DNA of 64,000 nucleotides from an uncultured Alphaproteobacteria bacterium (GTDB lineage Bacteria > Pseudomonadota > Alphaproteobacteria > Methylaequorales > Methylaequoraceae): assembly GCA_902613995.1 (NCBI GenBank), contig CACMJG010000003.1:70054-134053 (forward strand), given 5' to 3'. Below are positions 9,776 to 18,249 of this stretch, piece after piece. Under the pieces are notes generated by a model. That model was not told the origin of the DNA and ran no database searches. It saw only the letters and a list, made by a program, of their open reading frames with translations. Both the position numbers and the translations under genes were made by a program. Within the stretch, counting starts at the first letter, position 1. Each line of letters starts with the position of its first letter.

Positions 9776-10441
9776 TTACAACTTTCTTATTAACTTTTTA
9801 TGATCACCTAGAAAATTTATACTAAATTTTTTACCAATTTCTTTGAATTTATTCTTCTTATAAAAATCAATTACATTAATTCTTGAATTACACCAAATTA
9901 AATTTGTGTTTTCTTTTTTTAATTTAAAACTTACTTTATCTATTAAAATAGAACCATAACCTTTTTTCAATTCTTTTTGTACAGTAAACATTCCTCTTAA
10001 CTGAGCTGATTTTTTTTTATTTGTTGTACGCTCAATAATTGTAAGAGCTGAAACTACGCTTTCGTTTTTAAGGATGGCATAATGTTTGGTATTTGGATAA
10101 TTGTCCTCTTTATAATCTGCTAAGGAATTTGGAAGATCTCTGTATAAGTTTTTCTGTCTTAGTTTTTTTATATGCGAGGATGTTACTCTTTTAAATTTTA
10201 TATTTTCTTTAACTGGATCAAAACCACTTTTACCAAAAGGATGACAGTCCTTAATTCTCATAAAACTATAAAAAATCCCTTTAAAAAAACCAAATCTATT
10301 TAGAGACTCCAAACAATATTGTGAACAGGTTGGATAAAATCTGCAATTATTTGAGAGAAGTGGAGAAATAAAAATTTGATAAAACTTTATAGAAAGAATT
10401 AATACCGAAATCAAAGGGTTCTTTATTTTGACTTTGTCCAT
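9776..10441 (-). CDS. yidD: YidD (membrane protein insertion efficiency factor) fused to a GNAT acetyltransferase domain
   Basis: The N-terminal ~80 aa carry the YidD signature (YQIFISPLL..CRFYPTCSQY...CHPF..GFDPV). The C-terminal ~130 aa carry the GNAT motif A region (QLRGMFTVQKELKKGYGSILID). Single uninterrupted frame. Confidence 0.75.
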   Translation of the reverse strand: MDKVKIKNPLISVLILSIKFYQIFISPLLSNNCRFYPTCSQYCLESLNRFGFFKGIFYSFMRIKDCHPFGKSGFDPVKENIKFKRVTSSHIKKLRQKNLYRDLPNSLADYKEDNYPNTKHYAILKNESVVSALTIIERTTNKKKSAQLRGMFTVQKELKKGYGSILIDKVSFKLKKENTNLIWCNSRINVIDFYKKNKFKEIGKKFSINFLGDHKKLIRKL

Positions 10442-11802
10442 ACTGTTCCGTCTTTGGTATCTTCTATTTCTATATTTTTATTTTTTAAGTTTTGGCGAAT
10501 TTCGTCAGCTTTTTCAAAATTTTTTAGTTTTCTTGCTTCATTTCTTTCATTTATTAACTTTTTAATTAAGGTGTCATCAAAATCTTCGTCATTTTTATTC
10601 TCTTTATACAATCCTAATAAAGTCAAAGCTTCAAAAGTAGCATGAGTAATCTTTTGTCTGTCTTCATGATTTTTTTCTTTTATTTTATTTAGATTTTTTC
10701 CAATGATGCTTAGGGCTTTTGGAGTATTCAAATCATCAAAAAGAGAATTTTGAAATTCTTCATAAAATTCATTTTTATTTATGTCAAATATTTTAAAATC
10801 TTTAACTTTAATTTTTTCAAATTTTTTTTTTATTCTTAATAATGTTTTTTTGGATTGCTCAAGAATATCCTTATTCCAATTCAATGGCTGTCTGTAATGT
10901 GCACTCAAGAGACTTAATCTTATAGTTTCTCCGTTATATTTCTTTAGCAAATCATTGACTAGTTGGATATTTCCAAGAGATTTTGACATTTTTTCTCCGT
11001 TCAATGTCACAAACCCATTATGAAACCAGTATTTGCTAAAATTTTCAGGCTCAGAATTAGGTTTAAATGCAGAACAACTCTGTGCAATTTCGTTCTCATG
11101 GTGAGGAAAAGTTAAATCAACACCTCCACAGTGAATGTCAAACGGAGTATCAAGACATTTTTTAGACATTGTACTACATTCAATATGCCAGCCAGGTCTT
11201 CCTCTTCCCCATGGTGAGTTCCAACCTGGTTGTTCATCTTTACTTGGTTTCCACAAAATAAAGTCTCTAGCATTTTGTTTAAAATCTGCAATTTCTATTC
11301 TTGATCCTTCCAATTGTTCTTGGAGAGTTCTTCTTGAAAGTTTTCCATAATGTTTGTAACTTTCAACTTTAAACATAACATGATTATTCATTACATAAGC
11401 GCATTCATTTTTTATAAGTTTTTCAATCATTAAAATCATATCATCTATATGATCAGTTGCCTTTGGCTGAATATCTGGGGGACCAACGTTTAGCGATAAC
11501 ATTTCGTTGTTATAAATTTTGCTAAACTTATTTGTTAATTCTTTGAAAGGAATTTTCAATTTTTCCGACTCATTTATTATTTTATCATCGATATCAGTAA
11601 TATTTGAAACAAATAATACATTTTTGTATTTTTTTTTTAATACCCTCACTAAAAGATCGGTAACAACTGCCATCCTAGCATTTCCAATATGTGCATAATC
11701 ATATACAGTAGGCCCGCAAGCATAAATCCTTACCTTATTGGCATCAATGGGAATAAACTCTCTTTTCTTTCTTGAAAGACTATCAAAGATAAAAATATCC
11801 AT
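10423..11802 (-). CDS. cysS: cysteinyl-tRNA synthetase
   Basis: YACGPTVYDYAHIGNAR (HIGH) and KMSKSLGN motifs; 459 aa. Confidence 0.95.
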   Translation of the reverse strand: MDIFIFDSLSRKKREFIPIDANKVRIYACGPTVYDYAHIGNARMAVVTDLLVRVLKKKYKNVLFVSNITDIDDKIINESEKLKIPFKELTNKFSKIYNNEMLSLNVGPPDIQPKATDHIDDMILMIEKLIKNECAYVMNNHVMFKVESYKHYGKLSRRTLQEQLEGSRIEIADFKQNARDFILWKPSKDEQPGWNSPWGRGRPGWHIECSTMSKKCLDTPFDIHCGGVDLTFPHHENEIAQSCSAFKPNSEPENFSKYWFHNGFVTLNGEKMSKSLGNIQLVNDLLKKYNGETIRLSLLSAHYRQPLNWNKDILEQSKKTLLRIKKKFEKIKVKDFKIFDINKNEFYEEFQNSLFDDLNTPKALSIIGKNLNKIKEKNHEDRQKITHATFEALTLLGLYKENKNDEDFDDTLIKKLINERNEARKLKNFEKADEIRQNLKNKNIEIEDTKDGTVWTKSK

Positions 11803-11807
11803 CAGAA

Positions 11808-12032
11808 TTACTTTGTACTTAATTTTTTTATTTTTTCTCTAAAAAAATCATCAATTTGAAAAAAAAAACCGTTCTCCTCATGAATTGACACGCCATGAGC
11901 ATGATACTCATTTATATGACTTGCAAATTGATCAATATCATCTATTAAATAGATCCTATCATTTAGATCTTTAATTTTTATACTTTTACTCATTTTTTTT
12001 AAAAATATATCTAAACCTAGAGCTTTTTCCAT
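11808..12032 (-). CDS. hypothetical small protein
   Basis: 74-aa ORF in a compact same-strand gene string. The likely true start is the internal MSKSIKI (about 11993). No recognisable motif. Confidence 0.4.
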   Translation of the reverse strand: MEKALGLDIFLKKMSKSIKIKDLNDRIYLIDDIDQFASHINEYHAHGVSIHEENGFFFQIDDFFREKIKKLSTK

Positions 12033-12237
12033 CTTTGTTAGTATTATTTTCTCCCATATCTATTACTTCAATTAATTCAAAGCCCTGATTTCCAAGTTCG
12101 TTAATAAATTGCTCTACACTTGAATAATCATGATGATCAATATTAACATAATCTACAACTTTATATTGAAATCTGTCTACCATTGTTCTTGATAAGAAAC
12201 TCCTTTTTTTATTTATACTATCATTTACATTTACCAA
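11986..12237 (-). CDS. small protein, DUF4177-like
   Basis: The FQYKVVDY....FINELGNQGFELIEV pattern resembles DUF4177. The likely start is the internal ATG at 12183. Confidence 0.45.
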   Translation of the reverse strand: MVNVNDSINKKRSFLSRTMVDRFQYKVVDYVNIDHHDYSSVEQFINELGNQGFELIEVIDMGENNTNKDGKSSRFRYIFKKNE

Positions 12238-12712
12238 TTAAAGAATGTAATGTTTTATTATTTCTCCCATTTTTTTTAAATTCTTCAAACTTTGAAGAAT
12301 ACATAAAATTACCATTAAAATCCAAACTAAGAACTTTGTCATTCTCTGGAATACCAATACAATTAAAATCGTTATCTTCTATCTTAGAGTTCCTTAAATC
12401 ATGAACCCAGGAACAATGCATTGGAATAGGGTAACCAGAAGACTTTATAATAACAATCTCAAAAAAATGAGAAGTTTTAGGAGAATGATTTTTTTTTAAT
12501 TTATTCTTTTCCTGTAAAATAATATCACTTCGATTTCTTGATAGTTTAATTTTAAATTTTTTTAGATGTAAATAATCTATTATCATTTCATTATCTTTAC
12601 CTAAGAAGTTTAAACCTATGTTACTTATTGTATTGCAGTTCAGTATTTCCTCAGAAAAAACAAACGGTGAAAGAAAAAAAAGTGGAATTAAAAATTTAAC
12701 AAACAGAATCAA
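12221..12712 (-). CDS. hypothetical secreted protein
   Basis: 163-aa ORF with a hydrophobic N-terminal signal-like segment. Its TTG start forms a TTGA overlap with the upstream stop. Confidence 0.5.
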   Translation of the reverse strand: MILFVKFLIPLFFLSPFVFSEEILNCNTISNIGLNFLGKDNEMIIDYLHLKKFKIKLSRNRSDIILQEKNKLKKNHSPKTSHFFEIVIIKSSGYPIPMHCSWVHDLRNSKIEDNDFNCIGIPENDKVLSLDFNGNFMYSSKFEEFKKNGRNNKTLHSLIGKCK

Positions 12713-13119
12713 ATCCTATTTTTTTCCTTCCTGTCTTCTTTTATACTTTTAATTCTTTCTTGTAATAAAATTAAGGGATCTCCAAGTACAATCTTACACG
12801 ATTTATTTCCTAAAACTAACCTTGATCTATTAATTATAAATTCAATTTTGTTATTTTTACTAATTATTATATTTCTGATATTTGTTCTGTATTTTCTATT
12901 ATATTGATAGATTTCATAGATTGATTTATTTAATGAATACATCTTTACTTCATTATTTTTCAAAAACTTTATACCCCAATCTTCAACACTTAGAGAGTCG
13001 TTGTAACAAATTAAATTTTTTCCTTTTAAATTATCATCGTGTGGATCTTTAGGCTTATCCTTTGCTTCTAAAATACTGAATGAAAAAATAAAAGATGTTA
13101 GCAATATCAATAATTTCAT
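12709..13119 (-). CDS. hypothetical secreted protein
   Basis: 136-aa ORF with the signal peptide MKLLILLTSFIFSFSILEA. Confidence 0.55.
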   Translation of the reverse strand: MKLLILLTSFIFSFSILEAKDKPKDPHDDNLKGKNLICYNDSLSVEDWGIKFLKNNEVKMYSLNKSIYEIYQYNRKYRTNIRNIIISKNNKIEFIINRSRLVLGNKSCKIVLGDPLILLQERIKSIKEDRKEKNRI

Positions 13120-13205
13120 CTAATTATAATTTATCTTTTTTTTTTTTGTGTCAAGTTTACATATATTTGTTTGAAAAAATTACAAACATATTTTAATCTC
13201 TAATA

Positions 13206-13601
13206 ATGAAAAAATTTATTGTACTTCTTTTCCTAGTGTGTTTTTTAAACCCGATGTCTTCAAATGCAGAGTGGATTAAACTTTTCACAATAAGTGAAGG
13301 AGATTTGTTTTTAGACAGTTCGTCGATAATAAGGAAGAAGAATCGAATTTTTTACAGCCAGCTTGTCAATTATAACAAAAAAAAAACAAATAATGTTTTT
13401 TCCTTTATATCTCATTCAGAGCTTGACTGTGATAGTTTAATGATTAGAGACTTAAACTATGAAACTTATAGTAAAAAAATGGGACAAGGTAATAATTTTT
13501 ATACTGGAAACCCTAGTAAAAAGTGGAAGAAATTTGCAAATGGTACTAGTGCTCACTTTGTAAATAAATTGCTTTGTGAGAGAGTTTATAAAAATAACTG
13601 A
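13206..13601 (+). CDS. hypothetical secreted protein (surface-adhesin-E-like pattern)
   Basis: Signal peptide ending SSNA/EW. The W..L....GDLFLD..SI....N....Q.V......ELDC pattern is reminiscent of the adhesin-E family; weak. Confidence 0.45.
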   Translation: MKKFIVLLFLVCFLNPMSSNAEWIKLFTISEGDLFLDSSSIIRKKNRIFYSQLVNYNKKKTNNVFSFISHSELDCDSLMIRDLNYETYSKKMGQGNNFYTGNPSKKWKKFANGTSAHFVNKLLCERVYKNN

Positions 13602-13631
13602 TTTATAAACATACTTATAAATTTTAGTTAA

Positions 13632-14021
13632 ATGACACAAGAAAATTTTGCAGATTTAGTTTTAATTTTTCATTTTGGAATAGTCATTTTTATCATCAGT
13701 TTATTTGTAATTATTCCTGTCGGATATAAATTTAAATGGAACTGGGCCAGAAATAGGAAATTAAGATCAACTCATTTATTTTTAATCTTTCTCGTCACAA
13801 CAGAAACAGTTTTTGGTCTTACATGTCCATTGACATTAATTGAACATAATTTACGGGGTATATATATTTCTAATACATTTGTAAATAGTTGGTTGCAAAA
13901 CTTACTTTATTGGGATTTTCCAAAAGAATTCTTTTTAATTAGTTATATTCTTTGTCTGATGTGGACAATTTTTATGTGGAAGAGGTTCCCTCCTAGTAAT
14001 AAAAAAAATGTAACCAGATAA
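13632..14021 (+). CDS. DUF2784-like membrane protein
   Basis: Multi-TM 129-aa ORF with the FADLVLIFHF... and LTCPLTLIEHNLRG motifs typical of DUF2784. Confidence 0.6.
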   Translation: MTQENFADLVLIFHFGIVIFIISLFVIIPVGYKFKWNWARNRKLRSTHLFLIFLVTTETVFGLTCPLTLIEHNLRGIYISNTFVNSWLQNLLYWDFPKEFFLISYILCLMWTIFMWKRFPPSNKKNVTR

Positions 14022-14029
14022 GGAATAAT

Positions 14030-14146
14030 CTATATTTTCTTATTAAATAAAGGTTGTTCCATTCTGTTAATTTTTTTTATTGTACTACTGTAAATTCCGT
14101 AAATTATTAATATGAGAATTATAATTAATGGTAAAAACTTTTTCAC
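14030..14146 (-). CDS. candidate 38-aa single-TM peptide
   Basis: GTG start 8 nt after AAAGGAT; encodes KKFLPLIIILILIIYGIYSS... Sub-threshold ORF in the largest non-coding gap; speculative. Confidence 0.2.
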   Translation of the reverse strand: MKKFLPLIIILILIIYGIYSSTIKKINRMEQPLFNKKI

Positions 14147-14218
14147 TTTAATATATCCTTTTCATTATTACCTAAACTTTGCTCTTTAAAACAAAAAAAA
14201 ATTATTTATCATTTAGTC

Positions 14219-14398
14219 ATGGATAATAAAATTTCATTAGACAAATTTTGTGACATTCTTGTTAAAATAAACTTAAATTTTACTGACTATATACTAGAGG
14301 ATTGGGAATCTGAAGAAACCGGTAATACCAAGCTTGAGGGTTTAACTGAAAATGAATGGCTAAATTTATATATAAATTATATCAAAAAAGAACGATAA
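14219..14398 (+). CDS. candidate 59-aa hypothetical protein
   Basis: ATG-initiated ORF (MDNKISLDKFCDILVKINL...) just below the 60-aa track threshold, inside an otherwise empty 563-nt gap. Confidence 0.3.
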   Translation: MDNKISLDKFCDILVKINLNFTDYILEDWESEETGNTKLEGLTENEWLNLYINYIKKER

Positions 14399-14584
14399 CT
14401 TTTTGACTTTCATGAGTTTTTTATTGAAGTATAAAGATACTTAAACAAAAATCTATGTGTTAAAGCTTTGAATGTGGCTTTTACTAAATATATTTAAACT
14501 TTGCTAGGCTTTGCAAATTTTGTAAGATTACAAATTGCATTATGAGATACTTTTTAATTATAATTTCGGTCTTTATAAATTAGA

Positions 14585-15031
14585 TTATAATGATCCTTCT
14601 AAAATATATTTCAAAATTCTTACAACTTGATGTTGATCTTCCGCCACTGCAGAGGCTGAAGCATCAACTTCTTTTAGTGCATGTTGATGTTCATCATTAT
14701 GAATAACAATGATAGACTTATTTAAAGCTGAAGCATAACCTGCATCAAACGCAGCATTCCATTGTTTATATTTTTCTCCGAATTTTACAACAACAACATC
14801 ACAATCTTTTATTGACTTTTTTGTTTTAATAGAATTAATTTTGGCACCTTTATTATCTTTCCAAAAGTTTTTTTCTTCAACACCTAAAATTTCTACACCA
14901 CAATTGTCTGAAGCATCGTGATTAGTAACAGGTGAAGAAAACTTTATTTTTAAATCTTCTTTTTGACAAAGATCAATTATTTCTTCACGCCAATTAGTAT
15001 GGATTTCTCCTGATAGATAAACACTTAACAT
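14585..15031 (-). CDS. YtoQ family protein (nucleoside 2-deoxyribosyltransferase-like fold)
   Basis: The VYLSGEIHTNWREEI opening and overall 148-aa pattern fit the YtoQ family. Confidence 0.8.
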   Translation of the reverse strand: MLSVYLSGEIHTNWREEIIDLCQKEDLKIKFSSPVTNHDASDNCGVEILGVEEKNFWKDNKGAKINSIKTKKSIKDCDVVVVKFGEKYKQWNAAFDAGYASALNKSIIVIHNDEHQHALKEVDASASAVAEDQHQVVRILKYILEGSL

Positions 15032-15138
15032 CTAATAAGCCTTTCAAATTAATTCTGCAGCTTTTAAATTTTAATTTTTAATAGAAAACTAATTTAATTC
15101 AATCAATTTTTTCTTTATAAAGTTAATATAAATCTTAT

Positions 15139-15939
15139 ATGAATATAATGAAGTCAATTAGAAATTTAAACTGTCTCTGTCTATATTTCTTATTTATACC
15201 AATTTTTTTCTTTTTATCATTTTCATGTTTGCTTGCAAATGATGATAAAAATCAATACAAATTAAATGATATTCCGGCACAGTGTAAAAATTCATTAGGA
15301 TGGTATGACGATCACCCAGGTTATGTAGGTGAGTTTAATAGAATTCTCGAATATTGTAAACAATACGCTAAAGACGTGAGTCCAGAAGGCTTCGAAGTTA
15401 ATCCAATACTTTCAGATTTTGGAAGTATGAGTGGAGTAAATACGCGACCAAGGGACACTATTCATCAGGGCATAGATATTATTGGTTTTAAAAATCAACC
15501 TATAATTGCAATTGCTGATGGAAAGGTTTTAGAAACAATAGTCGAAGATTGTTGGGGTGCTACGATAGTTATCGATCACGGGAAAGCTCTAGATGGAAAA
15601 AATCTTATCGCAATTTATGGTCACGTTGGTGAATTTAAAGTTAGTGAAAATGATATTGTAAAACGAGGAGATGTTATTGCAAAATTACCAATAAAAGTTA
15701 AATATCGTTGCATGGCAAGAGTTCGTCATTTACATCTCCAAATTGGGCAAGAATATTGCGAAAAAAAAGATAATTGGGGATGTAAATATTTTATTAAGGA
15801 TTTTTATAGATCACTTGACCCCCATAAGTATTGGGCCAACGGACCTAATAACATTTCATGTTTCGAAAAAGATAAACCATTTAAAGAAGGGGTTATTACA
15901 TATCCTTTCGAATGCGAAAAAAGGGTTGAGCTTCAATAA
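15139..15939 (+). CDS. secreted M23 family metallopeptidase
   Basis: N-terminal hydrophobic signal, then HQGIDI, IDHG and HLHLQI (HxxxD / HxH) M23 motifs. Confidence 0.85.
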   Translation: MNIMKSIRNLNCLCLYFLFIPIFFFLSFSCLLANDDKNQYKLNDIPAQCKNSLGWYDDHPGYVGEFNRILEYCKQYAKDVSPEGFEVNPILSDFGSMSGVNTRPRDTIHQGIDIIGFKNQPIIAIADGKVLETIVEDCWGATIVIDHGKALDGKNLIAIYGHVGEFKVSENDIVKRGDVIAKLPIKVKYRCMARVRHLHLQIGQEYCEKKDNWGCKYFIKDFYRSLDPHKYWANGPNNISCFEKDKPFKEGVITYPFECEKRVELQ

Positions 15940-16162
15940 CTAATAATAAAATACTCATTAAAATTGAATCTAGATTAAAAAAATAATTTAGAAATTTACA
16001 TAAATATCAATAAAAAAATTCTTGTTCTTCATCACATCATCAAAATTATTAATGAAATAATTGTTCCAATTATTATGAATCTAAATAACATTTAAATAGT
16101 TTCAGTAAAATTAATATTAATTAAATCGGTACAAATAAGAATTTTCTTCATTGTTAAAAATT

Positions 16163-16405
16163 TTAACGTTTTTTAAATTTTCTTCTTAAATTTAAATTTT
16201 TATTTTTATTTCTTTTATTAATTTCATTTTTGTCTTCACTACTGAACACACATATTCTATTTCTTACACCTCTTGTTCTTTCAAAAGAATTTTTCGGTGA
16301 TTTACATTCATAATATACTCCATCAATATTTATTCTTTTTTTTCCGTAAGATTCATCATTAAAAAAAATGATTATAAAAATTATAAAAACATAATACGGC
16401 ATCAT
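16163..16405 (-). CDS. hypothetical 80-aa protein coupled to glmS-tail relic
   Basis: Its ATG overlaps the TGA of the relic glmS tail (ATGA). Hydrophobic N-terminus and a very basic C-terminus. Confidence 0.35.
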   Translation of the reverse strand: MMPYYVFIIFIIIFFNDESYGKKRINIDGVYYECKSPKNSFERTRGVRNRICVFSSEDKNEINKRNKNKNLNLRRKFKKR

Positions 16406-16455
16406 TCAACTGTAATCTTTTTAGTCAAACTTCTAGGTTGATCATCTATTTTCAT
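16402..16455 (-). pseudogene. relic copy of glmS 3-prime coding end (copy 3)
   Basis: Translates as MKIDDQPRSLTKKITVE*, compared with the glmS C-terminus DQPRNLAKSVTVE*. Shares the TTCTAGGTTGATCA core. Confidence 0.75.
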
Positions 16456-16529
16456 TACTCACTTCTTATCAATATTTGTAATAAAATATACACAAAAGTT
16501 TTATAATATAATTATTAATAAAGGTTTAA

Positions 16530-16652
16530 ATGAATAAAATTATTGTTGTACTATTCATGGTTTTAGTTACATCATGTGAAGAAGAACAGGTAAAGGATTG
16601 GACTGATGATCCTAAATATGATCCTAAACCAAACTCTTTATTAAGGTTCTAA
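16530..16652 (+). CDS. candidate 40-aa lipoprotein
   Basis: MNKIIVVLFMVLVTSCEEEQ...: a signal peptide plus a lipobox-like LVTSC. Sub-threshold ORF. Confidence 0.3.
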   Translation: MNKIIVVLFMVLVTSCEEEQVKDWTDDPKYDPKPNSLLRF

Positions 16653-16778
16653 AAAAAATAAAAAAAAAACATCATGGTGGATAAATCCCAAGAGGATTAT
16701 TTAACTTCAAAGAAATTATCACTTATGTGTCATAAAATTTAAACAATTTTTTTTATTAAATATAAATCCTTTCCTTAT

Positions 16779-16808
16779 AAATCCTCTGAATGAATATTCA
16801 GAGGATTT
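16779..16808. repeat. perfect 13-bp inverted repeat (hairpin, 4-nt loop)
   Basis: AAATCCTCTGAAT gaat ATTCAGAGGATTT, 14 nt downstream of the stop of the 88-aa gene. No adjoining U-tract. Confidence 0.8.
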
Positions 16809-16821
16809 CCTAAATTACCTT

Positions 16822-17076
16822 TCATTTTTTATAAACTAAACAAGTACCCTCGTTACCTGTCAAATGTAACTTATACATTTTGTCATCATTATAAAAATAC
16901 AAATGAAGGTCACCTGATTTCCTATTGATTGTTGAGTTTACTATTTTGGTATCATTATCTTCTAATTCTTTCATACACTTTTCATAATCAATAAGTTTTG
17001 TTATTGATTTTTTATCTTTTGACTTCACTTCAAAAGAGACAAACAAACAAATCAATATCAATAATAGTTTTTTCAT
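16822..17076 (-). CDS. small secreted protein
   Basis: Signal peptide MKKLLLILICLFVSFEVKS. Start placed at MKK; the track start at 17088 adds 4 codons. The signal-coding DNA is near-identical to 17874-17929. Confidence 0.5.
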   Translation of the reverse strand: MKKLLLILICLFVSFEVKSKDKKSITKLIDYEKCMKELEDNDTKIVNSTINRKSGDLHLYFYNDDKMYKLHLTGNEGTCLVYKK

Positions 17077-17078
17077 AC

Positions 17079-17500
17079 AAAAATCCATAATGATCCAAAT
17101 ATAAGAATATCTATTAAAATCACTTTTGTAAAACTACTCATAAACCAACTCACTACTTATTATTTCACCTAACTTACTTTTATTCTTTTCTAAATGTCTA
17201 TTATGTTTCTTTATTAACTCAAACACTAAACTTGGAGAAAACCTTTTTCCTCTATAACTCAGTATATTAATCTGATTAAAATATTGACTTATCATTTTAT
17301 AAGTATGACCACATTCTCTAAAAAAAATAATCTTATCAATCAACATTTTTTGATAAGGAGAGTATGGATAAGAATTCAGTCTTATGTTTGATATCTTATA
17401 GTGAATTTTAAGGATGATGTTTGTATAATCTCTAAAACTATACATACAAAACGAAATCATTCCACGGTAATCTTTTTTGTCAAATTTCTAGGTTGATCAT
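17079..17500. repeat. ~420-bp direct repeat, copy A (pairs with 19217-19640)
   Basis: By-eye alignment gives roughly 85-90% identity. It covers the 108-aa gene plus the glmS-tail copy. Confidence 0.85.
17134..17460 (-). CDS. 108-aa cassette protein with resolvase-like helix-turn-helix region (paralog of 19276-19602)
   Basis: ATGA-coupled to relic glmS tail. GHTYKMISQYFNQINILSYRGKRFSPSLVFELIKK resembles the HTH/recombinase-domain segment of serine recombinases, but there is no catalytic domain. Confidence 0.55.
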   Translation of the reverse strand: MISFCMYSFRDYTNIILKIHYKISNIRLNSYPYSPYQKMLIDKIIFFRECGHTYKMISQYFNQINILSYRGKRFSPSLVFELIKKHNRHLEKNKSKLGEIISSELVYE

Positions 17501-17510
17501 CTATTTTCAT
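17457..17510 (-). pseudogene. relic copy of glmS 3-prime coding end (copy 2)
   Basis: Translates as MKIDDQPRNLTKKITVE*. 33 of the last 42 nt are identical to the functional glmS tail. Confidence 0.8.
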
Positions 17511-17563
17511 AACTCACCCCTCATCAATATCAGTAATAGTTTTTTCATTATTTGAAATTATTC

Positions 17564-17929
17564 CTAATCTTTTTGTTTCCTATTAATATCAAATTTCAAA
17601 CAACCAATATAAGATAAACCTTCTTTTTTTGAATCAGATTGTTTTTTTCTTGTATTCACCATTATGAGATAAGTCTTCCCCTTATAAACAAACACTGTAT
17701 CAATTCTATTTCCAAGACTACCTACCTTATTTGACCAAGAACTAATTGTTTTACCTTTTTCAAAATACTTCAAACACTCTTGTGTTTGGATATTTTCAGT
17801 AGGATAATACTTTGATAGACGTTTACGTTCTTCCTCTAACTCAAAAATGTCATTTAAATTTGGTCGTGACTGTGACTTCACTTCAAAAGACACAAACAAA
17901 CAAATCAATATCAGTAATAGTTTTTTCAT
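17564..17929 (-). CDS. secreted 121-aa protein
   Basis: Signal peptide MKKLLLILICLFVSFEVKS. 4-nt overlap with the upstream 107-aa gene. Confidence 0.55.
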   Translation of the reverse strand: MKKLLLILICLFVSFEVKSQSRPNLNDIFELEEERKRLSKYYPTENIQTQECLKYFEKGKTISSWSNKVGSLGNRIDTVFVYKGKTYLIMVNTRKKQSDSKKEGLSYIGCLKFDINRKQKD

Positions 17930-18249
17930 TTTTGTAACTTTCTTAACTCAGTCCAAACATTTAAATACGAATTATGTCTCTCTGATTGATCAGGAGAAAT
18001 TGAGTTTTTAAAATTATCGTAATTTATGTCTTCAACTATATTCTTCAGTTTACTAGATACATCAGTCTTTTTTATGAAAGAACGATACTTATAATCTGAA
18101 TTTTCCATTTCAAAAACATCTGAGTCTGGAAAAACTTTTTCTATATCACCTTTGATTCTTGAACGAACTAATAACTCGTCTTTATTATTTCTATTTTCAA
18201 CTATTGATAAAAAAGAATTATTTAGAAATACCCACATTATACTTTTCAA
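17926..18249 (-). CDS. 107-aa hypothetical protein (operon partner of DUF3427-HNH)
   Basis: ORF with 4-nt overlaps on both sides. No motif I can name. Confidence 0.55.
   Translation of the reverse strand: MKSIMWVFLNNSFLSIVENRNNKDELLVRSRIKGDIEKVFPDSDVFEMENSDYKYRSFIKKTDVSSKLKNIVEDINYDNFKNSISPDQSERHNSYLNVWTELRKLQK

Noticed and set aside
14512-14539. AT-rich imperfect inverted repeat (TGCAAATTTTGTA aga TACAAATTGCA) downstream of the YtoQ gene, considered as a terminator.
   Set aside because: The stem is almost entirely A/T with a bulge, and neither strand has a U-tract. Support is too weak.
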